DNA of 61,644 bases, filler included, from Dimargaris cristalligena (lineage: Eukaryota): NCBI GenBank assembly GCA_003614675.1. It is 11 parts of 11 records of this genome, joined end to end, with 100 filler letters (N's around TTAATTAATTAA, not from the genome) between each part and the next. Parts side by side here need not be neighbours in the genome. Positions count along the whole stretch, not along the records: positions 33,753 to 39,256 come from ML003621.1; positions 39,357 to 44,857 come from ML003622.1; positions 44,958 to 50,458 come from ML003623.1; 8 more parts are not named here. One strand, given 5' to 3'. The translations under genes and the position numbers were made by a program. Position 1 is the stretch's first letter. The number at the start of each line of letters is the position of its first letter. The notes below the pieces were generated by a model. The model saw only the letters and a program-made list of their open reading frames with translations, had not been told where the DNA came from and did no database searches. This document shows positions 36,901 through 48,524 of the stretch, piece after piece.

Positions 36901-37389
36901 ATGACAAACTTATTGCCATTCTTCATTGTATTAAAGGGACTAATAATATTAATTCCAAGATGGTCCAAGGGTCCAGTAAGAGGGGTGACAAGCTGAGCTG
37001 GGGGCAGTGGGGTCTGTTGGTGGCATTGGCAGGTCCCACATCCTCAGACATGTTCCTTAATATCTAGATCCATGGATGACCAATAAATGATTTGGTGGAG
37101 GCAATGGAGGACCATTTCAGCTCCTAGGTGACCTGCACCAGGTCTGCCATGGGTGGCCTCGATAGCGGCAGCTTGGTGGGCCTTGGGTAACACTAGATGG
37201 TTCTGTCTGCTGGGTCCCTATTGGTAGAGGAGCTGCTCATTAACCACAAAGGCCTGGTTTTTTCTATGGAATTGGCAAAACATCCAGCCTTCTATTCAGT
37301 CATGTAGGTTTCTGATATCAGGGTCTGCCAATTGATCCTGGAGAATTTGGGCAGGGGGGACAGTGACAGTAAAGATGGTGGGTTGGGCA

Positions 37390-38050
37390 TCTGTAGAATC
37401 AAAGCCAGAGGGGCCATGTTTAGTTTTGACCAGGGTGGTGGTTTTGAACAGGAAATGGGCCTCGTATTATTGAAAGGTTAGCTGGGTAATGCACTCTCCT
37501 GGCTGAAAGTGAAGTACTTCATGTCCAATATGGGAAATCTACTACCCACCAATAAGAGCAACATAGATCACTGTAGATCATTGTAGATCTTTCCCAGTCA
37601 TGGCAGGCCAATTATAAGGCTGCTATACTACTCATGTGAGTTATTACTACATAAAAATTTTTTATTCCTCTTAGATGAATGGAGTAGTCAATCCAATATT
37701 CACATATATAAACTAAATAAAGTTCTCCTCTGGGGAACAGTAGATCCTCTGAATATCAACAATTTTGACACTTCAGAGGTAAGGTTATGCATGAGCACTT
37801 GGATTTCTCCATGGAAGTCAGTGTCTATGACTCTGCCTCTGATGGTAATGTGACACAGACCTAGGGAACTGCATTCTCAGATGAGGGCTACCATGGGGGG
37901 CTCCATTTGGAGGGCTCAGCCTGTGGCTACTTTTGTGCATTGATGGGGTGCCAGATCAAACTCAGTGATGCATGTGAATTCATAGCCTGTGGAACTGGGG
38001 GTGGCCTGCATAGGCAGGATGGCCTTCAGGTGGTAACATTTGATGGCAAA
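37390..38050 (-). pseudogene. Trimeric dUTPase domain of the gypsy pol, interrupted by a solo LTR
   Basis: All five motifs in one frame after removing the insert: STGYEF, ECSSL, GRVIDTDFHGEIQVLMHN, PGECITQL, TKHGPSGFDST. Confidence 0.85.
37522..37770 (+). mobile_element. Solo LTR (family B), 249 bp, inserted in the dUTPase
   Basis: TGTCCAATA...ATTTTGACA termini, perfect 5-bp TSD CTTCA, internal TATA-like and AATAAA motifs. Confidence 0.85.
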
Positions 38051-38984
38051 CTCAGGGGGTTTAGTCCCAGGCCCAATGTAGCTGATTAGCTGTTCATCCA
38101 GTAAATTCACTACTTACAGTGTGGCTAGCTGGGATAGTCCATTGGTGTTACTGTGCACTCGGCCGGGGCAGTGGCAGACTGTGAAATTGTATTCCTGTAG
38201 GGTCAGGTACCAGTGTTTGAGGCAGCCTGATTGGGGGGTGGTGGAATGGAGCCATTGTAATGGTGCATGGTCCATTTTTATGGTGAAGTGTTGCCCATAC
38301 AAGTGTAGTGCCATCCGGAGGTCAGCACTTATCCCCGGACTATGGATAGCCAGTCCTCATTGTCAGAGGGCGGAACATACTATGACATGCAATGGCAGTA
38401 TCACTCCCTCCATTTACCCACAAAAAAAATATATAAATATGTACCGCCTACACTGTGGCATATACAAAAAACCAACAAAATATTATTCATTTCTTTATAC
38501 TCACAGTTTGCATTAAAAAGCCTGCCGTTTTCTTCCTTGTATTTAAAAGTCTGACCTGTTTTTCAGTGGATTCCTTATCATTCCATTTTATTCTATTCTT
38601 GACCTTCCTTTTACGTCCCTTCTCTTGTATCCAGTGGCCCCTAAGGCCCACAGGATGGCTGCATAAGTAGCCAGCAAATTCCCACTCATTTAAGAGAAGA
38701 ATCATCACTCGTATCATTTTGAAACTCATAACTCTACCACCCCTTAAGCCCAGTCCTGAATTTTTTATTAATCATTTTCATATCATTTACCACTACCATC
38801 TCTATTCATTTTATTTATTCTCAATAAAACCTTCATACCACTTGTCATATCCTGCCCCCCACATCCTCTGTCTGCTCCACCAACTACTCACCTCCTCCAA
38901 AACCCCACTATGTCAATATCCAATTCTACCCCAGTCTCCTCCCACTCCGTGAACCTCCCATCTTCTGCTGCCAGGGAACCAGTA

Positions 38985-39095
38985 TCACAGTATGGTGGTG
39001 TTAAGCCACTAAAATGAATAACAAAAATATATCAAAAGGGCAGGGTGGCTTCTCCAGGTGAACTGGTTTATCACTCAAATAAAAATATTAATAAA
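38985..39095. repeat. Dispersed repeat, inverted copy at about 50590-50690
   Basis: aagccactaaaatgaataac...gggcagggtggcttctccaggtgaactgg shared between two contigs. Confidence 0.75.
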
Positions 39096-39356
39096 ACCAA
39101 CTTTATAAAGTTTTTAACTAAAGTAATCCAATATGAAAAATACTTGTTTGGAAGCTCAAAAGGTCAGTCCTTGGCAACCATAACTTGAAGTATAAAATCC
39201 CAATAACTAGTGTAGTAATAAAGATAGGTATTATTATAAAAGAAAAGATACCCAAANNNNNNNNNNNNNNNNNNNNNNNNNNNNNNNNNNNNNNNNNNNN
39301 TTAATTAATTAANNNNNNNNNNNNNNNNNNNNNNNNNNNNNNNNNNNNNNNNNNNN

Positions 39357-41430
39357 TAATCAGATAGCCGTTATAGACAAATAGATCGGGGCGTTCGTAG
39401 GACGAGTGGTCAATGTTGATGTTGAAATAGCCCATTTTGCCAGCATTGGCCTTGAGCGAGGTTGTGGACAGCCAGACATCGGGTGTTTTCTTATTGGTGA
39501 TGGGTGGAATGGCCAAGGTCTGGGTATTATCGAATCCAGACACACTCTGGGCGTTAGTCGACTGTAGTTTGTAGGTCCAGGCGCTATCACCCGTGTTATT
39601 ATAGCTGAAAAACATGTCAAAGTCACGCCAATCGGAATCGGGGAAGGTGCCGTTAATACTAGTGACATTGAAGATGATCTGGGAGGTGGTAGCACCAAAG
39701 CCGTTGATAATACCGGCCCCTTGCTGAATTACTGGGAAGTAAGTTAGGCTGGCGGCATCAATTTGAGGGCGGGCAGTATTAACAATGGCGGCCAGAGTTC
39801 CATTGCCGGCGTTGCTTTTACCGTATTCAATGGCCAGCGCAGACACACCAGCGACATAGGGGGTGGACATTGAGGTTCCGGATACGATACCATACGATCC
39901 AAACTGAACGGGAAAGGGGGCGTAGATGTTAGAGCCAGGCCCGAGGAGCTCAGGCTTGACATCAGACTCGGGACCAGGACCCCACGATGAAAAGGCAGAA
40001 GGCGCACGCGGAGTAAACGAATCGAAAATCACACTATCTGCTCCTGCCGAGACCGTGACAATGACGGCAACGTTTATCTTATTGATCAAGTAGACCGCAT
40101 CGGCTCTGTAGATGGCCACTGCGGGGAGGTACAATGGGCGGTCGTATGCAACAGTGGAGGGGTCACTGCTGTCGCTCTGGTAGACAACCATCAAAATACC
40201 ACCGGCATTTTGGACATTCAGGCCCTTGGTATACATAGTACAGCCACCGTTTTGCACAAGAACCACTTTGCCGGTAACGGTAGGTAATGCGTTGCACCCA
40301 TAATCGTCGGTGGTGCTTCCGGCAGCCAATCCGCGGACAATTTGAACTTGGTTTAGATTGAGAGCGGGTAGGTAGTTCTGAGACATGGTACGGCGAATTC
40401 CCACTAGCTCGTCGGATGTCACGTTGAAATACTGGCTGTAGTGGAAGGCCATTTCAGCAGAGCCCACTGAAACAACCGAATTACGAACCGATGGTCCGTC
40501 AATCGACCACATTCCGTCTTTGCCACGGTTACCGGCGGCCGATACCACGAAGACGCCTAACTGAGCCAGCGTTGCTGAGGCATCACCTGAAGCAGAGGCC
40601 CCCCAGGCACCGGGGAATCCGATAGACATGGTGACAATATTCATGCCGTCCAAATAAGCTTGTTCCAGTGCCTTGACCACGATACTCTCAGTGACAATAT
40701 TGTAGCAACCCATTACACGGTACACGCCGATGGTAGCATCGGGGGCCACGCCCTTGAAGTCACCATCGTTACCTGCAAGAATTCCGGTCACATGAGTCCC
40801 GTGGTACTGGCAGGGATCAAAAGGGTCACTATCGGGAACCGCATTTTTACCCGAAAAAAAGTCGCCCACGAAATCATACCCGTACTGGAGACGGCAACCG
40901 GAGGTTTTGAAGCAGCTGCCAAACGCGGGGTGGTTATAGTCGATACCCGAATCGAGCACCCCAATCTTGACGTTGCGACCGGTGACGTTCAACACGTTCT
41001 GGACATTGTTGACTCCGGTGTAGTTGTGGGCCAGCATGGGTTTGGGCGACTGAGTAGGGAAATACGGGGATGATGTAGCTGAAATAGTCGTCGCATCCAG
41101 ACTACTAATACCCAAGGGCCACACGATTTGGACACCTGGTAAGGAGGCCATGGCATCGTTATATTGATCGTCGACTTCGAGACTCACCCCGTTCAGCAAT
41201 ACCGAATAATTAGCCGTAATGGTATAGGGAATACCCAGAGCAGCCATCTGGGCAAAGAACGAAACGGACCCTGACGGATCGCCGGGATCCCCGTTGAACT
41301 TGACAATGTAGTTGTGGGGGATGGTGTTGAAGGCAACGCTACTTGGACCTCCGATCAATTGGCCCGTGGTCGAGGGCAAATCGCCCAGGAGGGCCGTGGC
41401 TAGAACCGCCCATAACGAATAGGTACGCAT
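39357..41430 (-). CDS. Secreted subtilisin-like serine protease (S8, with I9-like prodomain and PA domain); 3' truncated
   Basis: Signal peptide; triad VLDSGIDY, HGTHVTGI, SGTSMSTPYVAG; AAGN oxyanion motif; PA insert GKVVLVQNGGCTMYTK; QQGAG. Confidence 0.94.
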
Positions 41431-44265
41431 GGTCAATGACCGAGCCCGACGGGTTGGAGCGACTGAATACTAAATAAAGCAGGTGTCCCACGTAAAGGAT
41501 ACGTATATAGAGAAAACTGAGTAATGGCAGATCGACTACTTCTAAAAAACGAACCAATTAGTTATGTTGTTCACCAAGACTATTATTACGGGTACTAAGT
41601 TAGATTTCGAAAGCTGTAAGGCGAGCCGACTCTTTATATACGAGACTTTGGTAGTCCTCCGAGAATTTTCAGCCGAGCGGCTTCAAATACAATTCCATAT
41701 AATTTACTGTACATACTTCATATTATTCTTATACACTAACTTTACTATTTAACCAAGTAGTTTAAAATGCGTTTATCCGGATGTCTTATAATTAACTAAT
41801 GGCGGTATGTGGATTTGGAAACTACCCACCTTTACAGTGCCATTTCTCTTGACCATATCATACCCATGCATCCCTTGCCTCACACTAATTAGGAATTACA
41901 GGGCAATCACTTGGCCATCCATTCCTGTCTCTCGCCAAAAGTACAGGCTTGCTTGCCATGCTATGGACCATTCGTAGTGGTTAAACGTGGTTTCTATACA
42001 CAACCATGCGCTCATTATACTCCCAGGTCGTGAGAAATATACGAATTCCAGAATTCGATTTTCACATAATGACCACGCTTTAATGGTGCTCCTCAAGTAG
42101 GTCACTGAGTAGAAGTAGTGGTAGACTTAATGCCCTTTAGGTCTACCTCTATATATAGAAATTTAAGTTTATTCAAATAGCAATAGCAGGTTCTCACACG
42201 TGAAGGGTCACCCTCAAAAATTGCAGGGATTCTTCCTCCTCCACATAGGACAGAAATGACTTCTATGCCTGTTAATGATGCAGAGAGAAATAGCTCATCA
42301 CCGAGGTAAACCCCCTCCCAATCCACAGATGAGAGAAATAGTTCGAAAGCTCCCTCTTTCGGATCAAAATTCATCTTGGCAGTATACCATATGCGCTTGC
42401 CATTCATTTTCAAGTCAGACCTTACAACTGACTCCCTTGTCCACACTATGTAACTTCTATATCTTGGTTGATATATACCGAGTAGAGATAGCACGTGTTA
42501 GGTGAACTGCTTTCCAAATTAATTCATTACTATTCCATATTCGGCTGCGTCAGTTGACCAAATCAGCTTAACACCCCTGGTGTATGTTTATTTTTGCAAA
42601 TCCAGTGACTGACCTGTAATTCCACTCTAAACAATTAGCCGGAAATCATCCTCAAAATCCCCTATTGACCCTATGATGAGATCATCCGCATTGGTAGAAT
42701 TACAGCATCACATTAGTATGGGCGACATGTAAAGTATATGGAAATGATTAACAACTATTGGAAGTAAACAGTATCTCCTGGATTTACAAGGACCACCGGA
42801 GCCAACCATGGGCCAGCTCTTCTGAAACAATGGAATCTGGCTCTGGAATAGCGTAGAATGCCTTATATTCCAGCATTTATAGCATGAGAAAAATCTTAAC
42901 CACCCGAGTAGCCATAGTCGCTGTATACAATAAGAGGATCGTCGCGTCCTTGATATAGCTTCGTGTCTTAATAAATCATTATCACTATATGTGTTGTGCT
43001 TTACAGTACTAATACAGCCTGGTTTCGCTCCCTCCCCCCATAGTATATATTACAATGCATATGGTATATATATGGGAAGTGAAAAAAAAAGGAATAAATA
43101 ACGAATGCGAATTACAAGAAGCAGCGAGGGCCAATCAGTCACCCCCGAGTGAGGGACGACATCATGTGCAGCCACGCAGTCGTGGCTGTTGACCAGCCCA
43201 ATACCATATTAGAGACCAGACAGGAAGGCTACGAAACCATATAGTGATAAGAGTTCCCAGGGATGACTTATCAACAGTGAAGTGCAATGGGGATTTCAAT
43301 ACATGGGCATGATAAAATGATGAATAGATAAGGGTTGACTGGTGTACGCGATATAGAAACCGGCCATGGATCATTAGATTTTAACTTGACAGTGTATATA
43401 TATAGTGGGCCACCACCAGAAGACTATATAGGTTAACAAATTGATGTTTCTAAAAAGTATTTACTAATATCTGGGGGGCACTGATAGGAACTAATATAGT
43501 CCTGGAATTAACGTGGAAAGTGGAGTGAGGAGGTCCGTTGTATGCTAGCTAGCTTGGGTGGTTGATTGGTTCAGCTCCGGGTGTTGTCAAAATAGAATGT
43601 ACTCATGTGGCCGATCATACGTGCATAGATTTGGACGTATGAGCGCGGGATATCCTGTACAGCAAAATCAAAGCTCTTTATATAAGTCCGGTGAATTATA
43701 AATAGCATCTTCATGTATTAAATATACTGGGCCATATCCTAGAAGGAATCTGCTAAGGTATTCGGCACTAACCCGGTCGGCATTATATCGACTACCATCC
43801 AAAAGTTGATTGGTATGCTTGTTTCTAGCAAAGTCTACTTGATGACGAATTAACAGTATTAATTGGACATACCATTACATTTATTAACTATATAATTTTC
43901 TTCGCCAATGTATTTTACCAAGTTATACTACTTGCGACTATGTATATGTCTACTTAAAAATATTAGCCACATTGCTGCATCTAGGTTTGTAAAATAAAAA
44001 TGCTGTAACCTTGAAGAGGGAAGAACGGAGCGGACTATTCAAAGAATAATCAATTTTATAAAATGCTGAGCTCTACTAAGCATTGAAAACATTCCGATGC
44101 CATTCATTTTCCCGTTCCTATATCCATGCCTAACATTATACATGAGTTACAGTGCCGACAAATACAGTCACTCCACTACCTTGCAAATCCCTTAACTGAA
44201 GGTTTAGGGATCTGCCACGCTGATGCTAAGACGTCCTGGGAAGGGTGCCAAGCTTATATCCCGAG

Positions 44266-44560
44266 TGTAACGGGGTCGCGGGGGACCGTGGGTTTACCTA
44301 TTGTGCTTCGATCCGAGGGGGGATAGGTGGAATCCGAGTGATTCCAGCAAGGCAAATTAATTATAGTGTAAAATTAGTTATTTTATTAAAACACGAATTT
44401 TTCCCGATTCCCGGGTCGGTCTAATTATTTTATACTCTCGGTTCGGTCGTGGTTTCTGCAGCGACGGCTATTGTGCTCGCTTCGCTCGGCGTGGGCTCGG
44501 ATATAATTTGGTCACGTGATAGCGGGGGTTGTCGAGACGGGGATTCGTCGCGCGGTTGCA
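44266..44560. mobile_element. CpG-rich 295-bp insertion, probably a young solo LTR (family C)
   Basis: TGTAAC...GTTGCA termini with 4-bp TSD CGAG. Confidence 0.7.
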
Positions 44561-45024
44561 CGAGTTTCCTACATCCAGCTTCTCAATGGTGGTGCCAATC
44601 CGCTTTGAATAGGCAGCAATACATCAATTTTAACAATGTCCCAAAATATGAAAATTGTTACGGTCATATTGACCATCCTCAGTAGGCTCTAGGCTATCTA
44701 GTGGTAGATCCTTCTATATATGGGATACACTGTATCGGCCAATAGGAATAGCATTGGGGTAACTATAATATTTGGCCTAGGACTGGTAATGGACTTATAT
44801 AACACCCCCCACTCCCCTCCATGGATCTAGGAGGTTCCCTTCTTACTTGCAATTATCNNNNNNNNNNNNNNNNNNNNNNNNNNNNNNNNNNNNNNNNNNN
44901 NTTAATTAATTAANNNNNNNNNNNNNNNNNNNNNNNNNNNNNNNNNNNNNNNNNNNNGGGGCGTACTTCCGATAAGTGCGAAAAATAGATAAAAAATAAA
45001 AGTAGGTAAAAAATGTGGTAAGTT

Positions 45025-45365
45025 CACCACACCTTAGTCTTAGTAGTATTCCCTCTTAGAACCTCTCTGTGGAGCTATCTCCATATATATATAATAGGGC
45101 CCTATTAGGACTAGTTAGATTCCTTAGCTTATTCTTACCTCTAGTTTACTCATTAAACCCTATATATACTCATTCCCCTCATATTAAATAGTAAGTGTAC
45201 TTCCTATACATCCCTTACATATACACTACTATTAGCCTTTATTAATTAGTAATATACCTCTGTACCTGATGCTAATAGCCACTGAGCCTAGCCTAAGCCC
45301 CACCTACTATTAGAAGCCCATCCTTAGGACTCTTGATAAACTAAGAATAGTTAACCCAGGCAATA
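45025..45365 (+). mobile_element. Partial LTR (family A)
   Basis: Reverse-complement match to the first part of 52021-52603 (ttccttagcttattctta..., ctaagaatagttaaccc). Confidence 0.8.
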
Positions 45366-46945
45366 TAACCCACAACTAAGTTACAACACCAAACTACTAA
45401 TTCTGCCAGTGGACAGAATAGTATAGTGACTAGCTATAGGTTAATTTAAATGTCAGCAGCTATTTTTATAAAAATATAATAGCCATTGCAAAATTCCCCA
45501 TACCTTCAGAAAGTATCAATATTAGCTAATGTTGTATAAAACTGCATATTATGGTAACTATATACTGTATATTTTTAATTGTGTAGTGGGATTTGGTATA
45601 TAAGAATTAGTTACTTTGTACCCATTGTTCAAGGTGCCCTCCTTGTGAGAACTAATGGTGTTCTATTCATTACTATTGAATTCTTCTGATTATGTTCACT
45701 ACTCCTATGCTATACCCCAGTGATGCTTCTTCTAATATGGCCAATGGTACTACCTCCATTAACCAAAATACCCCCCCCCCCTTCAACAGCAGGTCATCTT
45801 GAAAATGAACTGTTTCCCCCCAGTTACATCTCTAATCCTAGCACTGTAAGACCAGAAACCAATGGTAATACATTGTTCCTATTGTCAAGTAACAGGCGGG
45901 ATATTTCATTCTCCTCAGTGTTGTATTCTTAGAAGGTCCACTTTTGTGGATTCAGCTATGCCATTAGGATGGCTAACTACTGTAATAGCCAGGGAGGGGT
46001 AAACATTATGGTGTGCTGTTCCATTAATGGTCCTGTAAACTTAAAAATGCGGAGTCGAATTGGAGAAGGCCTAGTATAGGGTCAACTGTGGATGAGGTGT
46101 GGGCCTCACGGTGCTGCTTTCCACGTAGGGTGGGCTATATCGAGGTCCACTCGGGAGTTAGATGAGGTCAAAATCATTCCCTCTATTTTTGTTCGGGTTT
46201 CGTTAACCTATTATACACATTGTGTGTTTATAGCACGAAGAGCGAAACAGCTGGAGTTGTATTGGCTGAGTGGTGGATAGTAGAAAAGTGTACACCGGAA
46301 ACGCTTACTAATTTCCCCTCCCATTAGCTTATTATTCCCAGACCAAGAATTCCCGAACAGCCCCTAAGCCTCTTTTGAGAAAAGAGTTCGTAGGGGGAAA
46401 ATTCAATACAACAGTATAAAAATTATAGCGAAAAGCAGATAGGGGAATGGATGGGAGAATCATATTGAGCCTGTAAAGCCCCCATTTTATCCTATGGATC
46501 TTTTGCTGTAAACCTCCCTTGAACTTTTCTTATATGGAGGATGTTGCACAGTGGTTTTCCAACTACCATGTTACAGGGCCCCTCGTATAAAATGTAACCT
46601 CGAAGACAATGGTGGCGTTCGACTCTGGCTTCGAGGTTACATTTAATGTCACTTTAGCTTTTCATCCATGGCCACTCGCCTGCCATCTCTACCCCTCTGT
46701 AAATTATGGGACAAATCGGCTTAACTCTGGTCTGGAATACCTACAAATGTGCCAATGCGTCGCCTCAGCTAATATTAAAGGCATTTATATATAAGGATAC
46801 TCCACGCCCACCATATCCCACATCACCCATCCTAATATACTGGTACTCTTTCCTCAATCTTAACTGCCCTTGTTCAATACAGTGGGTTTTTCTTAGTCGG
46901 CCAATATTTCCTTCTGTCTACATTATATATCCTTACCCATCTAGT

Positions 46946-48524
46946 ATGCAACTGCCTCCCGTAGTGTGGTTGTTAATGGGTGTTGCCCCAACCCGTCTCT
47001 GTGCTACATCCGATTTTAACCTGCCTCCCCTGAATAATTTACCTGCAGAAATCGAGAGTTTGATCCTCAACGGGTGCGATGCGACAAGCGAGTATAGACT
47101 CAGCGGAACTTGTCAAATGAGACAAAGTAAATATCTATCATCGAGAGTCGAGAAAATGTGGACGGTAAGAGATGGGTTGTATTTTTAAAGTGTATTATCA
47201 ATTATAGCACGTCTTGTTATTTTCCATGCACTTCTTCGGCCATAATAATAACCCATCTTAGTTTGGCCAGCACTCTAAAATGATGATATGGACTGTCAAA
47301 CCTACCACTCCACCCATTAGCTCTTTTACAGTTCAATGTTTCTTGTGGGGATGTTTTCGGCCCTAATTGAGTCTAAGGGGTGCCACTAGCCGTCTCATTC
47401 AAAATAACAATACCATTTTTCTTAAATTATAATATTCGCCAACTTTACCACCGCTGCAACTATTTATTCATTTCCGTTGAAATTATACACAATACTACCA
47501 TTAGGAGATAACCCGATTATTAAGCCAGCCAATTTCTACAAATTGGTGGGTCCGCATTCCCCAAGAAGAATTCAGCACCCTATATTCTCTGCTGGAATCT
47601 GACATTCGCGTCAATTTCTATCAGCGCCGCATCTGGGATGGCCTAAAGACATCGGGTCATTCCCCCGACGGTAGTTGGCAAGGCAATGCGAAATTGGCCA
47701 TTCGATACCCCCACAGCCATGCTTTGGTAAAGGAACTGGCCCCGAGGTTAGCCCAAATAGCCGCCCGGGGAGGTCTACCCAATGCCCCGCTCCATGAAAT
47801 CCGGCCGGGCAAGCTGTTCACGACGACTCCGCTGTATTGGGCCATCCAAGAGGGAAAAACAGCCATAGTGGATAGTATCATGGACCGGATCATGATAGGC
47901 CGCCAATCCCAATCATTGGGCGCGGCCATTGCCAGCCACTTAGACGGCGAAATGGTGTATTTGGCGGGTGTCTTAGCCCTCCCCCAAACCGTTCAACAGC
48001 AAGTTCGCCAGGAGGTGAATTACGGCGGTGATTACAGGGATGTCACTGACCCCCAGCTTATCCCCGATTATTGGCAGAAAACTATTCTAAAGAACTGGGG
48101 CGATTCCTTCCTATTCGACTTGTTGTGTTCGATGGCCGTACAGTACATTGTTCAAGGGAATTCTGAGGGTTTGGGTAAACTCAAGGCATGGGCGGCCCAA
48201 ATGTCAAATGAAATGAAAACCTGGTTAAAGCAGTTGGTTTTGGCGGTGGCGGCCGAAACGGGCCATCTGGTCCTGTTGGATGACCCCCGGGTGATGCCCT
48301 TGTTCGAAAACTTCCAGCCGGCACTTCCCCATTTTATGCTGGGCTGTATGGAGGCCAATGGCTGGATGAAGGCAGTCAAACATTTTAAACAAGAGTGGAA
48401 TGTCAGCAAAACGACTCGTTTTGAAACTACTTACAAATGTCAGGACCAGATGCCCAACACGGCACCCCTCAGCTTGAATTCCCAGGGTGTCTTAACATTA
48501 ACCTACTTTCCTAAGGCTGCTTAG
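46946..48524 (+). CDS. Putative secreted protein (412 aa) with an F-box-like motif and an ankyrin-like repeat; exons 46946-47164 and 47505-48524
   Basis: TATA at about 46785. Hydrophobic N-terminus MQLPPVVWLLMGVAPTRLCA, then LNNLPAEIESLIL...RLSGTCQ. A phase-0 GTAAGA...CATTAG intron joins it to an open frame containing TPLYWAIQEGKTAIVDSIM. Confidence 0.72.

Larger units (their letters stand above)
35544..38330 (-). mobile_element. Decayed Ty3/gypsy element: RNase H (38314-38114), dUTPase (about 38050-37390), integrase (about 37330-36260), PPT, and 3' LTR of family A (36123-35544)
   Basis: HLYGQHFTIKMDHAPLQWL...WYLTLQEYNFTVCHCPGRVHSNTNGLS (RNase H); HH-CC motif (HGRPGAGHLG...CGTC); VAVDYFT...LISDCGKQF...HPQNNGVVEHLN (rve); purine tract AGGAGAGGGTGA directly before the LTR. 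Confidence 0.92.

Noticed and set aside
41896-42760. Possible decayed gene upstream of the subtilase (130-aa ORF at 42102-42494)
   Set aside because: No recognisable motif or clear gene structure, so it cannot be supported without a search
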